Assembly (NCBI GenBank): GCA_963821635.1
Contig: CAWGEP010000007.1
Coordinates: 47,087 to 111,086 of the forward strand
Direction of reading: 5' to 3'
DNA length: 64,000 nucleotides
Source of the DNA: an uncultured bacterium
GTDB taxonomy: Bacteria > Zixibacteria > MSB-5A5 > GN15 > FEB-12
Below the pieces are notes generated by a model that was not told the DNA's origin, did not search any database, and worked only from the letters and a program-made list of their open reading frames with translations. How positions within the stretch are numbered: the stretch's first letter is position 1; every line of letters begins with the position of its first letter. Below, piece after piece: positions 1-9,750 of the stretch. The translations under genes were made by a program, and so were the position numbers.

Positions 1-1
1 G

Positions 2-31
2 CTGATGAAGGAACTGCAGGACCTTTTGTGA
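2..31 (+). CDS. 3' end of a gene truncated by the window edge (..LMKELQDLL*), possibly the cognate ECF sigma factor
   Basis: Open frame ending in TGA at 29-31 just upstream of a ZAS anti-sigma gene; identity inferred from context only. Confidence 0.3.
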   Translation: MMKELQDLL

Positions 32-71
32 CCTGACCCGGCGCGGCCGGAGCAGGCGCGCCCAAGACGAT

Positions 72-1232
72 ATGGAACATTCATATTTTCAGGACAGACT
101 GTCGGCGTATCACGACAATGAACTCCCGCTCCAGGAAAAAGTGGTGGTCGAAGAGCATTTGCGCGATTGTCCCGATTGCCAGAGACAGCTTGCCGACTAC
201 GTCCGTCTCGATCAACTGGTCATCGATCACAGTCAGCTCGCCGACACCGACTACTGGGACACGGCGGCGCGCGGAATCGAGAAAGCCATCGGCATGACTG
301 ATCTATCCCAGATAATTCCGGTTTCTAAAGTCAGAGAGCGCTGGGCGCTGACCTGGAAACTGGCGGCTGTGGCGGCCTCGGCCATTATCGTCGCGTATCT
401 GGGGATTAACCGGGACAAGATCCTTCCGCTGGAAAAAGGTGCTCCTCCGACAGTCGCCCCCTCGGTGGCACAACCGAGTCCAGATCAGGGAAAGGACCAG
501 TTAGCCACTGATTCGGTCTCGAGCACGAAGAGAGATTTCGACAGGGAAGAGCCGCGACGGAACGAGGCAAATCGCCCGTCCGAAGGGAGACAGGCTGAAC
601 TGCAAGGGGGGACTGCCGTCAAGGAGACTCAGGACAAGTTATCATCAAAGCCGGCCGATAGCCGGGTCCGCGCAGAGAAAGTCATGCCTTCGGGAGCTCT
701 GGCTGATTTGAAGTCTGACGAAAAGCAAAGTTCGGTGGATCGCGCTAGTGCGCCCGCTGTTGAAATGCCTCACACCGTTCCAGTTGCGGCACCGGCGTTC
801 GTACCAGACAGCCAGTTGGCTCAAGCAGAGCCGAAAAGGAGTCTCGACATCCAGCCTGAAACGCTTGCGAATTCCCTTGCCGATAAGATGCCGGCCAAGG
901 ATACCGTCGGTGACATTGCCTATTGGCGGTCACTGAAAGATTCGCTGCTTGCTTCCGCCGAGCGCAAAGATGCCCTTGGCGTGAATGCCACCAAGGCGCT
1001 CACTTCGCAGTATCAGCCCAGCGCGAAAAAGCCGCCTTCCGTTGCGGCATCTGCGCCGGCCGTAAACCGAGAGATTCGACTGGTCGAAGCCTGGTACAGG
1101 ATAGCCCGGCTGACTGACAACCCGGCGGAAAAAACCACGGCAATCAAGGCTCTCAAGGTGATGACCAGTGGAACCGCTGCCGCCGTACATGAGAAAGCCG
1201 GGGCGTATCTCGATTCCCTGGGGCAAAAGTAG
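72..1232 (+). CDS. Zinc-binding (ZAS/zf-HC2) transmembrane anti-sigma factor
   Basis: N-terminal LSAYHDNEL..HLRDCPDC (HxxxCxxC), one TM helix (WKLAAVAASAIIVAYLGI), long low-complexity C-terminal region. Confidence 0.85.
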   Translation: MEHSYFQDRLSAYHDNELPLQEKVVVEEHLRDCPDCQRQLADYVRLDQLVIDHSQLADTDYWDTAARGIEKAIGMTDLSQIIPVSKVRERWALTWKLAAVAASAIIVAYLGINRDKILPLEKGAPPTVAPSVAQPSPDQGKDQLATDSVSSTKRDFDREEPRRNEANRPSEGRQAELQGGTAVKETQDKLSSKPADSRVRAEKVMPSGALADLKSDEKQSSVDRASAPAVEMPHTVPVAAPAFVPDSQLAQAEPKRSLDIQPETLANSLADKMPAKDTVGDIAYWRSLKDSLLASAERKDALGVNATKALTSQYQPSAKKPPSVAASAPAVNREIRLVEAWYRIARLTDNPAEKTTAIKALKVMTSGTAAAVHEKAGAYLDSLGQK

Positions 1233-1264
1233 ACTGGCCAAGGCTTCCTACCTCTGGCGGCAGG

Positions 1265-1290
1265 CGAATCTTTTTCCCGGCCCTTTCGTA
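1265..1290 (+). promoter_or_regulatory. Candidate ECF (SigW-like) promoter for the pspC operon
   Basis: CGAATC-N16-CGTA versus SigW-type TGAAAC-N16-CGTA, 40 nt before the pspC-like start. Confidence 0.45.
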
Positions 1291-1330
1291 TCATAAGCTA
1301 AGAGTAAGCAATCCGATAAGGAGGACAGCA

Positions 1331-1789
1331 ATGCAACGGAGATTCTACCGCTCGGCCACCGACAAGTATATCGGCGGCGTTTGCGGGGGCCTCGCCGAGT
1401 ACTTCGACATTGACCCGGCCCTGGTCCGGATCTTGTTCGTCGTCATGCTCTTTGCCACCGGAGTCGGATTTCTCGCCTACGTCGTGCTCTGGATTGCGGC
1501 CCGAACCCGCCCGATCGATGAACCTATTCAACCGCCGGTCACCTACAATCGGGGATGGCGCCGCTATCTGCCCGGCCTGATCCTGATCTGCCTGGGCGTC
1601 ATCTTTCTGGCGCAGGCCAACTGGTGGTGGTTTGACTTGCATTGGTATGCGCACCGGTTTTGGCCGCTGGTCCTGATCGGTCTGGGACTCCTGCTCGTGG
1701 TCCGGCACAGTGACCACTCGCACAAGGCGAATCCGAACGATTTGCCCCCCGCCCCGGCCCAGCATCATAACGGGGAGGCTACCGTATGA
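1331..1789 (+). CDS. PspC-domain membrane protein with C-terminal LiaF/DUF5668-like TM region
   Basis: YRSATDKYIGGVCGGLAEYFDIDPALVRILF is the PspC signature; GLILICLGVIFL..FWPLVLIGLG; strong SD AAGGAGG. Confidence 0.85.
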   Translation: MQRRFYRSATDKYIGGVCGGLAEYFDIDPALVRILFVVMLFATGVGFLAYVVLWIAARTRPIDEPIQPPVTYNRGWRRYLPGLILICLGVIFLAQANWWWFDLHWYAHRFWPLVLIGLGLLLVVRHSDHSHKANPNDLPPAPAQHHNGEATV

Positions 1790-2685
1790 CCCCGGCTCGC
1801 TTTCGATGGGGCGCTCTGCTGATTTTGCTCGGATTGCTCCTGCTCCTGAGGAACATGGATGTCCTCAACAACAACTTCTGGACCGACTTCGCCGTTTACT
1901 TTCCGATCTTTTTGATTGCAGTCGGTGTCGAAAAAATCTTTACCAAGAGCAAATTGCAGTTCATCAGTTATCTCACCACGGTGGTTCTGTTCGCGGGCGG
2001 CCTGTTCCTGGCTTTCAATGGCAGCAGCGGCGGGCCTACTGATAACTTTTTCTCGGAAAGCAGCTACCGCCAGGAGGCCAGGCCGGAGGTCAAAGCGATT
2101 CATGCGACGATCAATCTCGGACACAGCAATCTGACCGTCCGGGATGCCACTGATGATCTCGTCACCGGCCAGTTCAAACAATTCACCGCCAAGCCGGAGA
2201 TCAAATTCAATGAGAGCGGCAGCGATGCGTTCCTGACGCTCAACGGCCGCGGCAAAGAACTCTTCTGGGGCTTGATCAAGATTGAGGGTGGAGACCCCAA
2301 CGACTGGTATCTCTCCTTCTCCAACGCTGTACCGCTATCATTGGAATGCGACGGCAACAGCTGCGATATCCATCTGAACCTGGCCACTACGCCGACCCGG
2401 ACAGTCAAGGTCAATGCCGATCAGGCCACGATCTATCTGAAACTGGGCTCCGATCAGGATGATGTCAATGTTGACTTGGCCGGCAAGGACTCCGACATCC
2501 GTCTGCGCGTGCCCACTTCGGCCGCGCTGAAAGTCACCGGCTCCAAAGACGAAGAGTATCTCTCCCAGGTGGGGCTGAAACGGGAAGGGGACGCCTTTGT
2601 TAACAGCGGATACGATACGCTTAAGAATCATATTGTGGTAAATCTCGATGACCGCCTCAGCTCGTTGTCGATCGATTACTATTGA
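1786..2685 (+). CDS. LiaF/DUF5668-like membrane protein with extracytoplasmic beta-rich domain
   Basis: WGALLILLGLLLLLRN..YFPIFLIAVG TM pattern; ATGA overlap with the upstream gene. Confidence 0.65.
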   Translation: MTPARFRWGALLILLGLLLLLRNMDVLNNNFWTDFAVYFPIFLIAVGVEKIFTKSKLQFISYLTTVVLFAGGLFLAFNGSSGGPTDNFFSESSYRQEARPEVKAIHATINLGHSNLTVRDATDDLVTGQFKQFTAKPEIKFNESGSDAFLTLNGRGKELFWGLIKIEGGDPNDWYLSFSNAVPLSLECDGNSCDIHLNLATTPTRTVKVNADQATIYLKLGSDQDDVNVDLAGKDSDIRLRVPTSAALKVTGSKDEEYLSQVGLKREGDAFVNSGYDTLKNHIVVNLDDRLSSLSIDYY

Positions 2686-2702
2686 TTACTTCCTCCTCCA
2701 GT

Positions 2703-2738
2703 AAAAGGCCGGTCCGATGTGATGTCGACCGGCCTTTT
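2703..2738. terminator. Rho-independent terminator (bidirectional-type)
   Basis: AAAAGGCCGGTC...GACCGGCCTTTT inverted repeat after the operon stop. Confidence 0.8.
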
Positions 2739-2799
2739 GATTTATTGGCGCGAAGGAATTCTATTGCATCTTTCCCGGCCGTCCCCTTCTTTATGAGCC

Positions 2800-3579
2800 A
2801 TGATTAGATTTCCGAACCGCTTCGTTCTTACTTCCCTGATTTTCTTCCTTGTCCCTGTCCTCTTTGGCTGCGGTAACAAAGCGCCAGGCACGCAGTCGGG
2901 GACTCTGAGAATCGGCACCGATGCCACGTATCCGCCATTTGAAACAGTCAATACCGAGACCGGCAAGCCGGAAGGGTTTGATATCGATCTTATCACGGAA
3001 ATTTGTAAGATCAACGGGTGGAAGCCGGAGTTCATTGTTACGCCGTTCGACGGCATGATTCCGGGGCTTCAAAGCAAGAAATATGATGTCGCCATCAGTT
3101 CGATGACCATTACTCCGGAGCGACAAGCGGTTATTGACTTCTCTGACCCCTATTATCTGGCCGGTCAGACTTTAGCGGTGCCATTGGCTGACAACGGGAT
3201 CAAGTCGCCCGACGATCTGAAAGGGAAACGGGTCGGCGTGCAACTGGGAACGACCGGTGAGCTGATGGCCCAGAAAATTCCGGACGCCAAAGTGTTCTCG
3301 TATGACAACATCGGCGCCGCCTTTATCGATATGCAGAACGGGAATCTCGATGCCGTGCTCAACGACTATCCGACTACCCAGGCGTACATCCGGGCTCACA
3401 GCACCGCTAAAACAGTGGGGGATATTCTCAGCAAGGAGAATTACGGGATCGCCCTGCGCAAAGATGAGACCGAGCTGCGCTCGGCTATCAACAAGGCGCT
3501 GGCCGAAATCCGCAAAAACGGGACCTACCGGACGCTTCACATGAAGTGGTTCGACACCGAGCCCCCGGCCGGACATTAG
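2800..3579 (+). CDS. Basic/polar amino-acid ABC transporter substrate-binding lipoprotein (family 3)
   Basis: Lipobox LFGC; GTDATYPPFE, GFDIDL, ITPERQAVIDFSDPY, LKGKRVGVQLGTT. Confidence 0.9.
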   Translation: MIRFPNRFVLTSLIFFLVPVLFGCGNKAPGTQSGTLRIGTDATYPPFETVNTETGKPEGFDIDLITEICKINGWKPEFIVTPFDGMIPGLQSKKYDVAISSMTITPERQAVIDFSDPYYLAGQTLAVPLADNGIKSPDDLKGKRVGVQLGTTGELMAQKIPDAKVFSYDNIGAAFIDMQNGNLDAVLNDYPTTQAYIRAHSTAKTVGDILSKENYGIALRKDETELRSAINKALAEIRKNGTYRTLHMKWFDTEPPAGH

Positions 3580-3615
3580 CTCCATTTCCATCCGACCATC
3601 CCGGTCCGACGAATC

Positions 3616-3644
3616 TTGACCCTGTTGGCCAATTTACATACCTT
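3616..3644 (+). promoter_or_regulatory. Candidate sigma70 promoter giving a leaderless cmk mRNA
   Basis: TTGACC-N17-TACCTT; ATG lies 7 nt after the -10 element; no SD. Confidence 0.5.
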
Positions 3645-3650
3645 CGGCTC

Positions 3651-4352
3651 ATGCCTACAGCCAAGTATAAATTGAGCAAACTCCAGAATCGCATTATCGC
3701 GCTTGACGGGCCGGCCGGCTCCGGCAAATCTACGACTGCCCGGCTGCTGGCCGCACGACTCGGCTACGCCTATCTCGACACCGGGGCCATGTATCGCGCG
3801 GTTACGTATCTCGCGATGCAGAAAAAAATCGCTTCCTCGAACGGCCCGGAACTGTCGAAGCTGGCCGGCGAGCTGAATTTTCGCTTCGAAACCCATGAAG
3901 ATATCAATCGCGTTTTCGTGAACAGCCAGAATCTGACTAAGGAGATTCGTCTTCCGGAAGTGACCCTCCATGTGTCCGAAGTCTCGGCGCATAAGGGGGT
4001 CCGCGAAGTACTCGTTGCCAAACAGAAAGAAATGGGGAAGAACGGTGGGATCGTGGCGGAGGGGCGCGACACGACCACGGTGGTGTTTCCGAACGCCGAT
4101 ATCAAAGTCTATCTCGATGCCGACGTCGCCGTCCGCGCGCAAAGGCGCCTGATCGATCTGGCCAGGATGGGCGTCACCACTTCGCTCGAAGAGCAGATTA
4201 CCGATTTGAAGCGGCGCGATGCCTATGATTCGGGACGGGAACATTCTCCTCTTACCCGGGCGGGGGACGCCGTAACAGTCGACACCTCGCACATGACGAT
4301 CGAGCAGCAAGTGGACAAGGTCATTCATTTGCTAAAATCGGTACTTCGCTAG
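3651..4352 (+). CDS. cmk: Cytidylate kinase
   Basis: IALDGPAGSGKST, YLDTGAMYRA, VAEGRD, RDAYDSGREHSPL; start reassigned to ATG 3651. Confidence 0.95.
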   Translation: MPTAKYKLSKLQNRIIALDGPAGSGKSTTARLLAARLGYAYLDTGAMYRAVTYLAMQKKIASSNGPELSKLAGELNFRFETHEDINRVFVNSQNLTKEIRLPEVTLHVSEVSAHKGVREVLVAKQKEMGKNGGIVAEGRDTTTVVFPNADIKVYLDADVAVRAQRRLIDLARMGVTTSLEEQITDLKRRDAYDSGREHSPLTRAGDAVTVDTSHMTIEQQVDKVIHLLKSVLR

Positions 4353-4355
4353 TTC

Positions 4356-5024
4356 ATGAAGATTCTCTACTACACCGGCTGGACGATTTTCCGCTTGATC
4401 AGCAAATTGGTCTTCCGCGTCAAGGTCAGCGGACAGGAAAATTTCCCGCGCACCGGCGGATTTATTCTCGCCACCAATCATATTTCATGGTATGACCCGC
4501 CGCTGTTTGGAAGCTGGGCGCCACGACAGGTCTATTTCTTCGCCAAAATGGAACTCTTCAATGTGCCGATCCTGGGATGGGCTATCCGCCGAACCAACGC
4601 CCTGCCGGTGAAACGGGGAACGATCGATCGAAAAGCTATCGAAGCTTCGGTCGAAGTCATCAAACAGGGGTATGGTCTCACGGTCTTTCCGGAAGGCACT
4701 CGGTCCAAGACGGATCAGTTCCTTGATCCCAAACCCGGACTCGGCCTTCTGGCGATGCGGGCGCAGTGTGTCATCGTGCCCGGTTATGTTCATGGCGCAA
4801 ACAGACTTAAGGACTGTTTTCTGGGTCGGGAGAAGCTTCGAGTAGTCTTTGGCGAACCGTTTTCACTATCTTGGGTGAATTCGTTCCCAGACAACAAAGA
4901 AGGATACATCAGGCTAACCCAGTCCGTGATGGACCGGGTCCTGGACCTCAAACGGCAGTTTCTCCAGACTAAAGCTGGAGCGGTCGCCGCCGATCCTGAA
5001 TCAGTCGGCCGAAAAAAGACTTGA
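4356..5024 (+). CDS. plsC: 1-acyl-sn-glycerol-3-phosphate acyltransferase
   Basis: NHISWYD (HX4D) and FPEGTRS motifs; cmk-plsC-rpsA synteny. Confidence 0.9.
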   Translation: MKILYYTGWTIFRLISKLVFRVKVSGQENFPRTGGFILATNHISWYDPPLFGSWAPRQVYFFAKMELFNVPILGWAIRRTNALPVKRGTIDRKAIEASVEVIKQGYGLTVFPEGTRSKTDQFLDPKPGLGLLAMRAQCVIVPGYVHGANRLKDCFLGREKLRVVFGEPFSLSWVNSFPDNKEGYIRLTQSVMDRVLDLKRQFLQTKAGAVAADPESVGRKKT

Positions 5025-5048
5025 GTCTATCCCGCATTGGGGTATATT
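5021..5048 (+). promoter_or_regulatory. Candidate sigma70 promoter of rpsA
   Basis: TTGAGT-N16-TATATT; same hexamers as the tRNA-Ser promoter. Confidence 0.45.
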
Positions 5049-5171
5049 CGAAGGCTACCTTTCCTAACACTCCGGAATTTAACCTGGCGTCGTAAAGGAG
5101 GTCATTCTGAGGGTTTTCCCAATGGGAAAAATCAAAACTCTCAGGAACTGCAAGGAGGTTCTCTTAGTCGC

Positions 5172-7184
5172 ATGGCTGTTGCCAAAAAGGCTGTTAGTCC
5201 GCCCCCCGAGGCCAAACTGAGCAAACGCAAAGTTTCGGCCACCCGAAAAACCACCAAAGTCAAAACCAAAATCACCAAGAAGGAAGCAGAAGTCGTTGAT
5301 GTCAAGACGGCTCTCGCAACCGAAGAGGAGTTGGCAGAAAAAGTAACTACTGCCCGACGCCAGCGCGTGGCTGAAAAAGCCAAAACGCGCCCGGTGATCA
5401 CGCCCTCTCATCCGACTGAAGTGGCTTCAATGAAAATCACCGACGTCTCCGGCGTTGTCTATGACAAGGCGGAGTACGACGCCATGGTCGAGATGTACGA
5501 TTCCACCATCAAGGATATCAAAGAAGGTGAAATCGTGCGCGGCCGGGTGCTCGGCGTAACCTTGACGGATGTTATTGTCGATGTCGGGTTCAAGTCCGAA
5601 GGGATCATTCCGATCAACGAATTCACCGCCCCTATCAACATCAAGGTCGGCGAAGCGATCGATGTCTACCTCGAACAGATCGAGGATGCCAACGGTCAGC
5701 TGATCCTTTCCAAGCAGAAGGCCGATTTTATGCGGGTCTGGGACCGCATACGCGAGGTTCACGACTCAGGGGAGACTATCCCGGGCCGGATTTCCCGCCG
5801 GATTAAGGGCGGCGTGGTGGTCGATATCATGGGAGTAGATGCGTTCCTGCCCGGATCGCAGATTTCCCTCCGCCAGGTTCCGGATTTTGACGCGCTCATC
5901 AACCAGACGATCGATGTCAAGATCATCAAACTGAATAAATCCCGCCGCAATATCGTGGTTTCGCGCCGCGTCGTGCTCGAGGAAGAACGCGAGAAGATGC
6001 GCTCCACGCTCTTGAGCGAAGTTCAAGTCGGCCAGGTCCGCCAGGGAATCGTAAAGAATATCACCGATTTCGGCGTCTTTATCGATCTCGGCGGTGTCGA
6101 CGGTCTGCTGCACATCACCGATATGTCGTGGGGCCGGATTCGGCATCCTTCTGAGATGGTCTCGTTGGGTGACAAGATCGATGTCAAGATTCTAGATTTC
6201 GACGACAAGACGTCCCGCATTTCTCTTGGCCTGAAACAGATGACCCCATATCCGTGGGAGAACATCGAAGAGAAATTCCCGATCAGTAAAAAGATCACTG
6301 GGCGGGTCGTCTCAATTACCGATTACGGAGCATTTGTCGAACTGGAGAAGGGAATCGAAGGACTGATCCACATATCCGAAATGTCCTGGACGCAGCATAT
6401 CAAGCACCCTTCCAAGATTATGAATGTCGGCGACAAGGTCGACGCGGTCGTGCTCTCGGTCGACAAGGACAATGAGAAGATTTCTCTCGGTATCAAGCAG
6501 ATGGAGCCGGATCCGTGGCTGACGATCGAGATGAAATACCCTCCGGGCAAAGTGGTCTCCGGAAAAGTCCGTAACCTCACGGCGTTCGGCGCCTTTGTCG
6601 AGCTCGAAGAAGGAATCGACGGCTTGGTGCATATCTCGGATATGTCTTGGACCAAGCGGATTCAGCACCCCTCGGAAGTCATGAAGAAGGGGGACAAGGT
6701 TGACGTTCGCGTGCTCAAGATCGATCATGAGAATCGTCGCATCTCTCTTGGGTTCAAGCAACTCATGGATGACCCGTGGCCGGAACTGGCCAAACGGTTC
6801 GCCGTGGGAGCCGAGTGTCTCGGCACGGTGACCAAAGTGCTGGATCGCGGTGTGGTTGTTGATCTGGGCGATGAGGTCGAAGGGTTTGTCCCCTCGGCTC
6901 AGTTAGCCGGGAAAGACCTGGCCGATCCGACCGGCGTTTTCAAGGAAGGGGAACAGCTTCCCCTGGTTGTGCTGGAATTCGACAAGAGCCAGCATAAGGT
7001 CATACTCTCCGTAGTGGCTTACTACAAGAAGCGTGACCGGGCGGAATTCGAATCCTATCTCGCGCTTCACCCGGTGGCTGACGCACCGTCAATCGCCGAG
7101 GCAATGCCGGATGAGCTGAAATCCCATGCCGCGGCTCCGGAGGCGGGACAACCGCCATCCGACGAAGCGGCCCAGGAGATTTAG
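5172..7184 (+). CDS. rpsA: 30S ribosomal protein S1 with Lys-rich N-terminal extension
   Basis: Six S1 repeats (DVGFKSEGII, AFLPGSQI, FGVFIDLGGVDGLLHITDMSW, etc.); SD AAGGAGG at 5152-5158 favours ATG 5172. Confidence 0.97.
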   Translation: MAVAKKAVSPPPEAKLSKRKVSATRKTTKVKTKITKKEAEVVDVKTALATEEELAEKVTTARRQRVAEKAKTRPVITPSHPTEVASMKITDVSGVVYDKAEYDAMVEMYDSTIKDIKEGEIVRGRVLGVTLTDVIVDVGFKSEGIIPINEFTAPINIKVGEAIDVYLEQIEDANGQLILSKQKADFMRVWDRIREVHDSGETIPGRISRRIKGGVVVDIMGVDAFLPGSQISLRQVPDFDALINQTIDVKIIKLNKSRRNIVVSRRVVLEEEREKMRSTLLSEVQVGQVRQGIVKNITDFGVFIDLGGVDGLLHITDMSWGRIRHPSEMVSLGDKIDVKILDFDDKTSRISLGLKQMTPYPWENIEEKFPISKKITGRVVSITDYGAFVELEKGIEGLIHISEMSWTQHIKHPSKIMNVGDKVDAVVLSVDKDNEKISLGIKQMEPDPWLTIEMKYPPGKVVSGKVRNLTAFGAFVELEEGIDGLVHISDMSWTKRIQHPSEVMKKGDKVDVRVLKIDHENRRISLGFKQLMDDPWPELAKRFAVGAECLGTVTKVLDRGVVVDLGDEVEGFVPSAQLAGKDLADPTGVFKEGEQLPLVVLEFDKSQHKVILSVVAYYKKRDRAEFESYLALHPVADAPSIAEAMPDELKSHAAAPEAGQPPSDEAAQEI

Positions 7185-7213
7185 CTCCGGATTCGGACAT
7201 TTTCGAAAAAAAC

Positions 7214-7248
7214 AGTGGCGGTCGAGTTACTCGGCCGCCATTTTCTTT
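7214..7248 (+). terminator. Rho-independent terminator after rpsA
   Basis: AGTGGCGGTCGAG-TTA-CTCGGCCGCCATT followed by TTCTTT. Confidence 0.8.
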
Positions 7249-7354
7249 GCGGTTCCGGCCGAGGGTGCATGCGGAATCTAACAGAGATTGAATCCGTCCA
7301 CTCCAGTATGATTGGTTGCCGGAGAGCAACCCAGCGGCTATATTCCTGTCGATC

Positions 7355-8683
7355 ATGGCCCAGACTGAACCCAGAAAGATAGCCCTCCACACTATCGGCT
7401 GCCGCCTCAACCAATACGAGACGGAGAAGATGGCAGCCGAGCTGTACCCGTTCGGCTTTCGGAGAGCGCTGCCGGGTGAGCCGGTCGATCTGTACATTAT
7501 CAATACCTGCACGGTTACTCACAAGGCAGATTCCGATTGTCGCCAGATGGTCAAGAAGGCTGCGCGTGAGAATCCGCAAAGTCGCGTTGTGGTCGCCGGC
7601 TGCTATGTCGACAACGACCCCGACCTTGTGGCGGCTATTCAGGGCGTCGATGTGGTCATTCGAAACCACGAAAAGACCAATATTGCGGGAATTCTTCCGG
7701 GGAAACTTCCGGAGCTCTTTGACCGCGAACCGGACAAAAGCTGCTCCACGCATATCACTGATTTTCATGGGCACAATCGGGCCTGGCTGAAAGCGTCCGA
7801 TGGCTGCAACCAGTGGTGCTCGTTCTGCATCATTCCAACCGTGCGCGGCCGCCTGCGCAACCGCCCGGCGCAGGATATTCTCGACGAGATTAACAGTCTG
7901 GTAGCTAACGGCTACAACGAAGTTGTGCTGACTGGCGTCCATCTCGGCCATTACAAGAATCGGTTGGTGGAGCCACAGGCCAAGAACCTCGCCGCGCTTT
8001 GCCGGATGATCATGGAGAAGACTTCGCTCCCGAGGCTCAGACTCTCTTCTCTGGAACCGCAGACGGTGCGGGATGATCTGGTGCGCATCTACGCCGAGTC
8101 TGCCGGCCGAATTTGCCGGCATATGCATATGCCGCTCCAGTCCGGATCCTCGCGCATTCTCAAACTCATGCAGCGCCCATATGATCAGCGCGCCTACATT
8201 CAGCGTGTTACCGACATCAAAGCCGCCCAGCCGAATACGATTGTCGGGGCCGACGTCATTGTCGGCTTTCCGGGTGAAACCGATGCTGACTTCCGGCACA
8301 CACGGGCACTCGCAGAATCCGGCATAATCGACTACCTGCATGTTTTCAGTTACTCTGATCGCCCCGGCACTCCGGCCTCAAGCATGCCCGACAAGATTCC
8401 CCCCGAGATCATCAAGGAACGAAACGCAATTCTCTCGGCGATTTCCGACGAGCTACGCACCCAAGCCTGTCGCCGCCAGATGGGCGAGACTCTTGAAGTG
8501 ATTGCCGAGCATAAGCGTAATCCGGACGAGTCTTTCTGGAGCGTGGCCGACAACTATATCAAAGTCAGATTGCCGGGCTGGGTCGAGGGGGGGAAGCAGC
8601 TGGTGCGCGTTCGGATCAGTCGGGCCTCGGATGATTTTGTCGAGGGGGATCTGTTGGATCAGCAGGCTCGCGCCGTTTCTTAA
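7355..8683 (+). CDS. mtaB: tRNA t6A37 methylthiotransferase (radical SAM)
   Basis: HTIGCRLNQYETE, INTCTVT, VAGCY, DGCNQWCSFCIIP (CxxxCxxC), HVFSYSDRPGT; start set at ATG 7355. Confidence 0.92.
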   Translation: MAQTEPRKIALHTIGCRLNQYETEKMAAELYPFGFRRALPGEPVDLYIINTCTVTHKADSDCRQMVKKAARENPQSRVVVAGCYVDNDPDLVAAIQGVDVVIRNHEKTNIAGILPGKLPELFDREPDKSCSTHITDFHGHNRAWLKASDGCNQWCSFCIIPTVRGRLRNRPAQDILDEINSLVANGYNEVVLTGVHLGHYKNRLVEPQAKNLAALCRMIMEKTSLPRLRLSSLEPQTVRDDLVRIYAESAGRICRHMHMPLQSGSSRILKLMQRPYDQRAYIQRVTDIKAAQPNTIVGADVIVGFPGETDADFRHTRALAESGIIDYLHVFSYSDRPGTPASSMPDKIPPEIIKERNAILSAISDELRTQACRRQMGETLEVIAEHKRNPDESFWSVADNYIKVRLPGWVEGGKQLVRVRISRASDDFVEGDLLDQQARAVS

Positions 8684-8837
8684 GCCATCTTTAGTGTTGG
8701 CTGGCAGTTTCCAGAAATCCTTTCCATTTTAGCCCGGAAGTTTCTTCTTGAAGTGAGGGCCTTTGGCTCTGCTCTGAAGAATTCTCACACCCTCCAATTC
8801 ATTGTCACACATCGCATTGCCCGATCGGGCACAGTCA

Positions 8838-8853
8838 GGGCACACGCCTTGCT
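8838..8853 (+). promoter_or_regulatory. Sigma54 (-24/-12) promoter of the flagellar operon
   Basis: GGGCAC-ACGCC-TTGCT with exact GG-N10-GC spacing, 40 nt before the first flagellar gene. Confidence 0.65.
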
Positions 8854-8892
8854 TAGATAGCCTCTGGAAAAATAGCATTTTCCGGAGTCGAT

Positions 8893-9750
8893 GTGGCAAA
8901 GGATACGAAACAGAAACCAGAAGCTTCGAAACCAGAAGCTGCCAAGCAAGGGCAGCCGACGGACGCGGCTGCCCAGCAACCGGTAGTCAAGGCTAAGAAG
9001 AGCCTGATGCCGTATCTGTTGCTCGGTGGCGGCACGCTGGCTCTTCTGGCGATCGTCGTAGCCGGTACTCTTTTTGTCGTGCGGCTGAAGGTCAAGAAGA
9101 CCAGCCAAGCGCCGGACAAGAAAGAGATTCTGGCGGCCACTTCCGACACGGCTCACGTCCCGAAGCTCCCCGAGAAACCGGCGGTCAAGCCTTTGATCCA
9201 GGAAAAGAGTGAGACCGCGGCTAAGCCGGTCGCGCCCGATAGTCTTGGTGCAAGCGATCTTCCCACGGATTCCGCGGACTTGATCCCGGCCCAGGTGGAC
9301 ACGGCCGCCGCGATGGCCCAACTCTCCAAAACCATTCAAGTAATGGGCGACGCCAATCAGGCGGAGCACGCCGGCGATCCCAGTCTCACGGCTGAGGATT
9401 CAGTCAAAGAGACCGAGTGGGTGGTCAAGGCTCGTGCGGCTCTGTCGCAGAAGGAATCGGCGCTCAACGCCCGTTCGGCCGAGTTAGACAAGCGAGAAAA
9501 GGATATTTCGACCAAACTGATGAGACTCGAAAAAGTAACTTCGGACCGAGTCACCAATCTGGCCAAATTATATGACGGGATGGATCCGATAGCAGTCGCC
9601 AAACTAATGGCGAATCTCGATGATTCCATCGTGGTTGAACTGATTCCCCGGATGAAACAGAAGAACGCTTCCGATGTCATGTCGCTTCTGCCACCGGCCC
9701 GGGCGGCCACAATTTCTAAACAGATAATTACTCTGGCGGACGAGAAATGA
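8893..9750 (+). CDS. Flagellar MotE/FlbB-like protein (TM, coiled coil, MgtE_N-like domain)
   Basis: Single TM, coiled coil, LAKLYDGMDPIAVAKLM..LIPRMKQKNASDVMSLLPPARAA; precedes fliK. Confidence 0.75.
   Translation: MAKDTKQKPEASKPEAAKQGQPTDAAAQQPVVKAKKSLMPYLLLGGGTLALLAIVVAGTLFVVRLKVKKTSQAPDKKEILAATSDTAHVPKLPEKPAVKPLIQEKSETAAKPVAPDSLGASDLPTDSADLIPAQVDTAAAMAQLSKTIQVMGDANQAEHAGDPSLTAEDSVKETEWVVKARAALSQKESALNARSAELDKREKDISTKLMRLEKVTSDRVTNLAKLYDGMDPIAVAKLMANLDDSIVVELIPRMKQKNASDVMSLLPPARAATISKQIITLADEK

Noticed and set aside
1268..2780. ATCTTT(TT)CCCGGCC seen upstream of both pspC (1268-1282) and the binding-protein gene (2768-2780)
   Set aside because: Short, not palindromic and only two occurrences; cannot be told apart from chance
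7181..8341. Long antisense ORFs (for example 386 aa opposite mtaB, 293 aa opposite fliR, 300 aa opposite sufS)
   Set aside because: Shadow ORFs of GC-rich coding genes with no recognisable motifs
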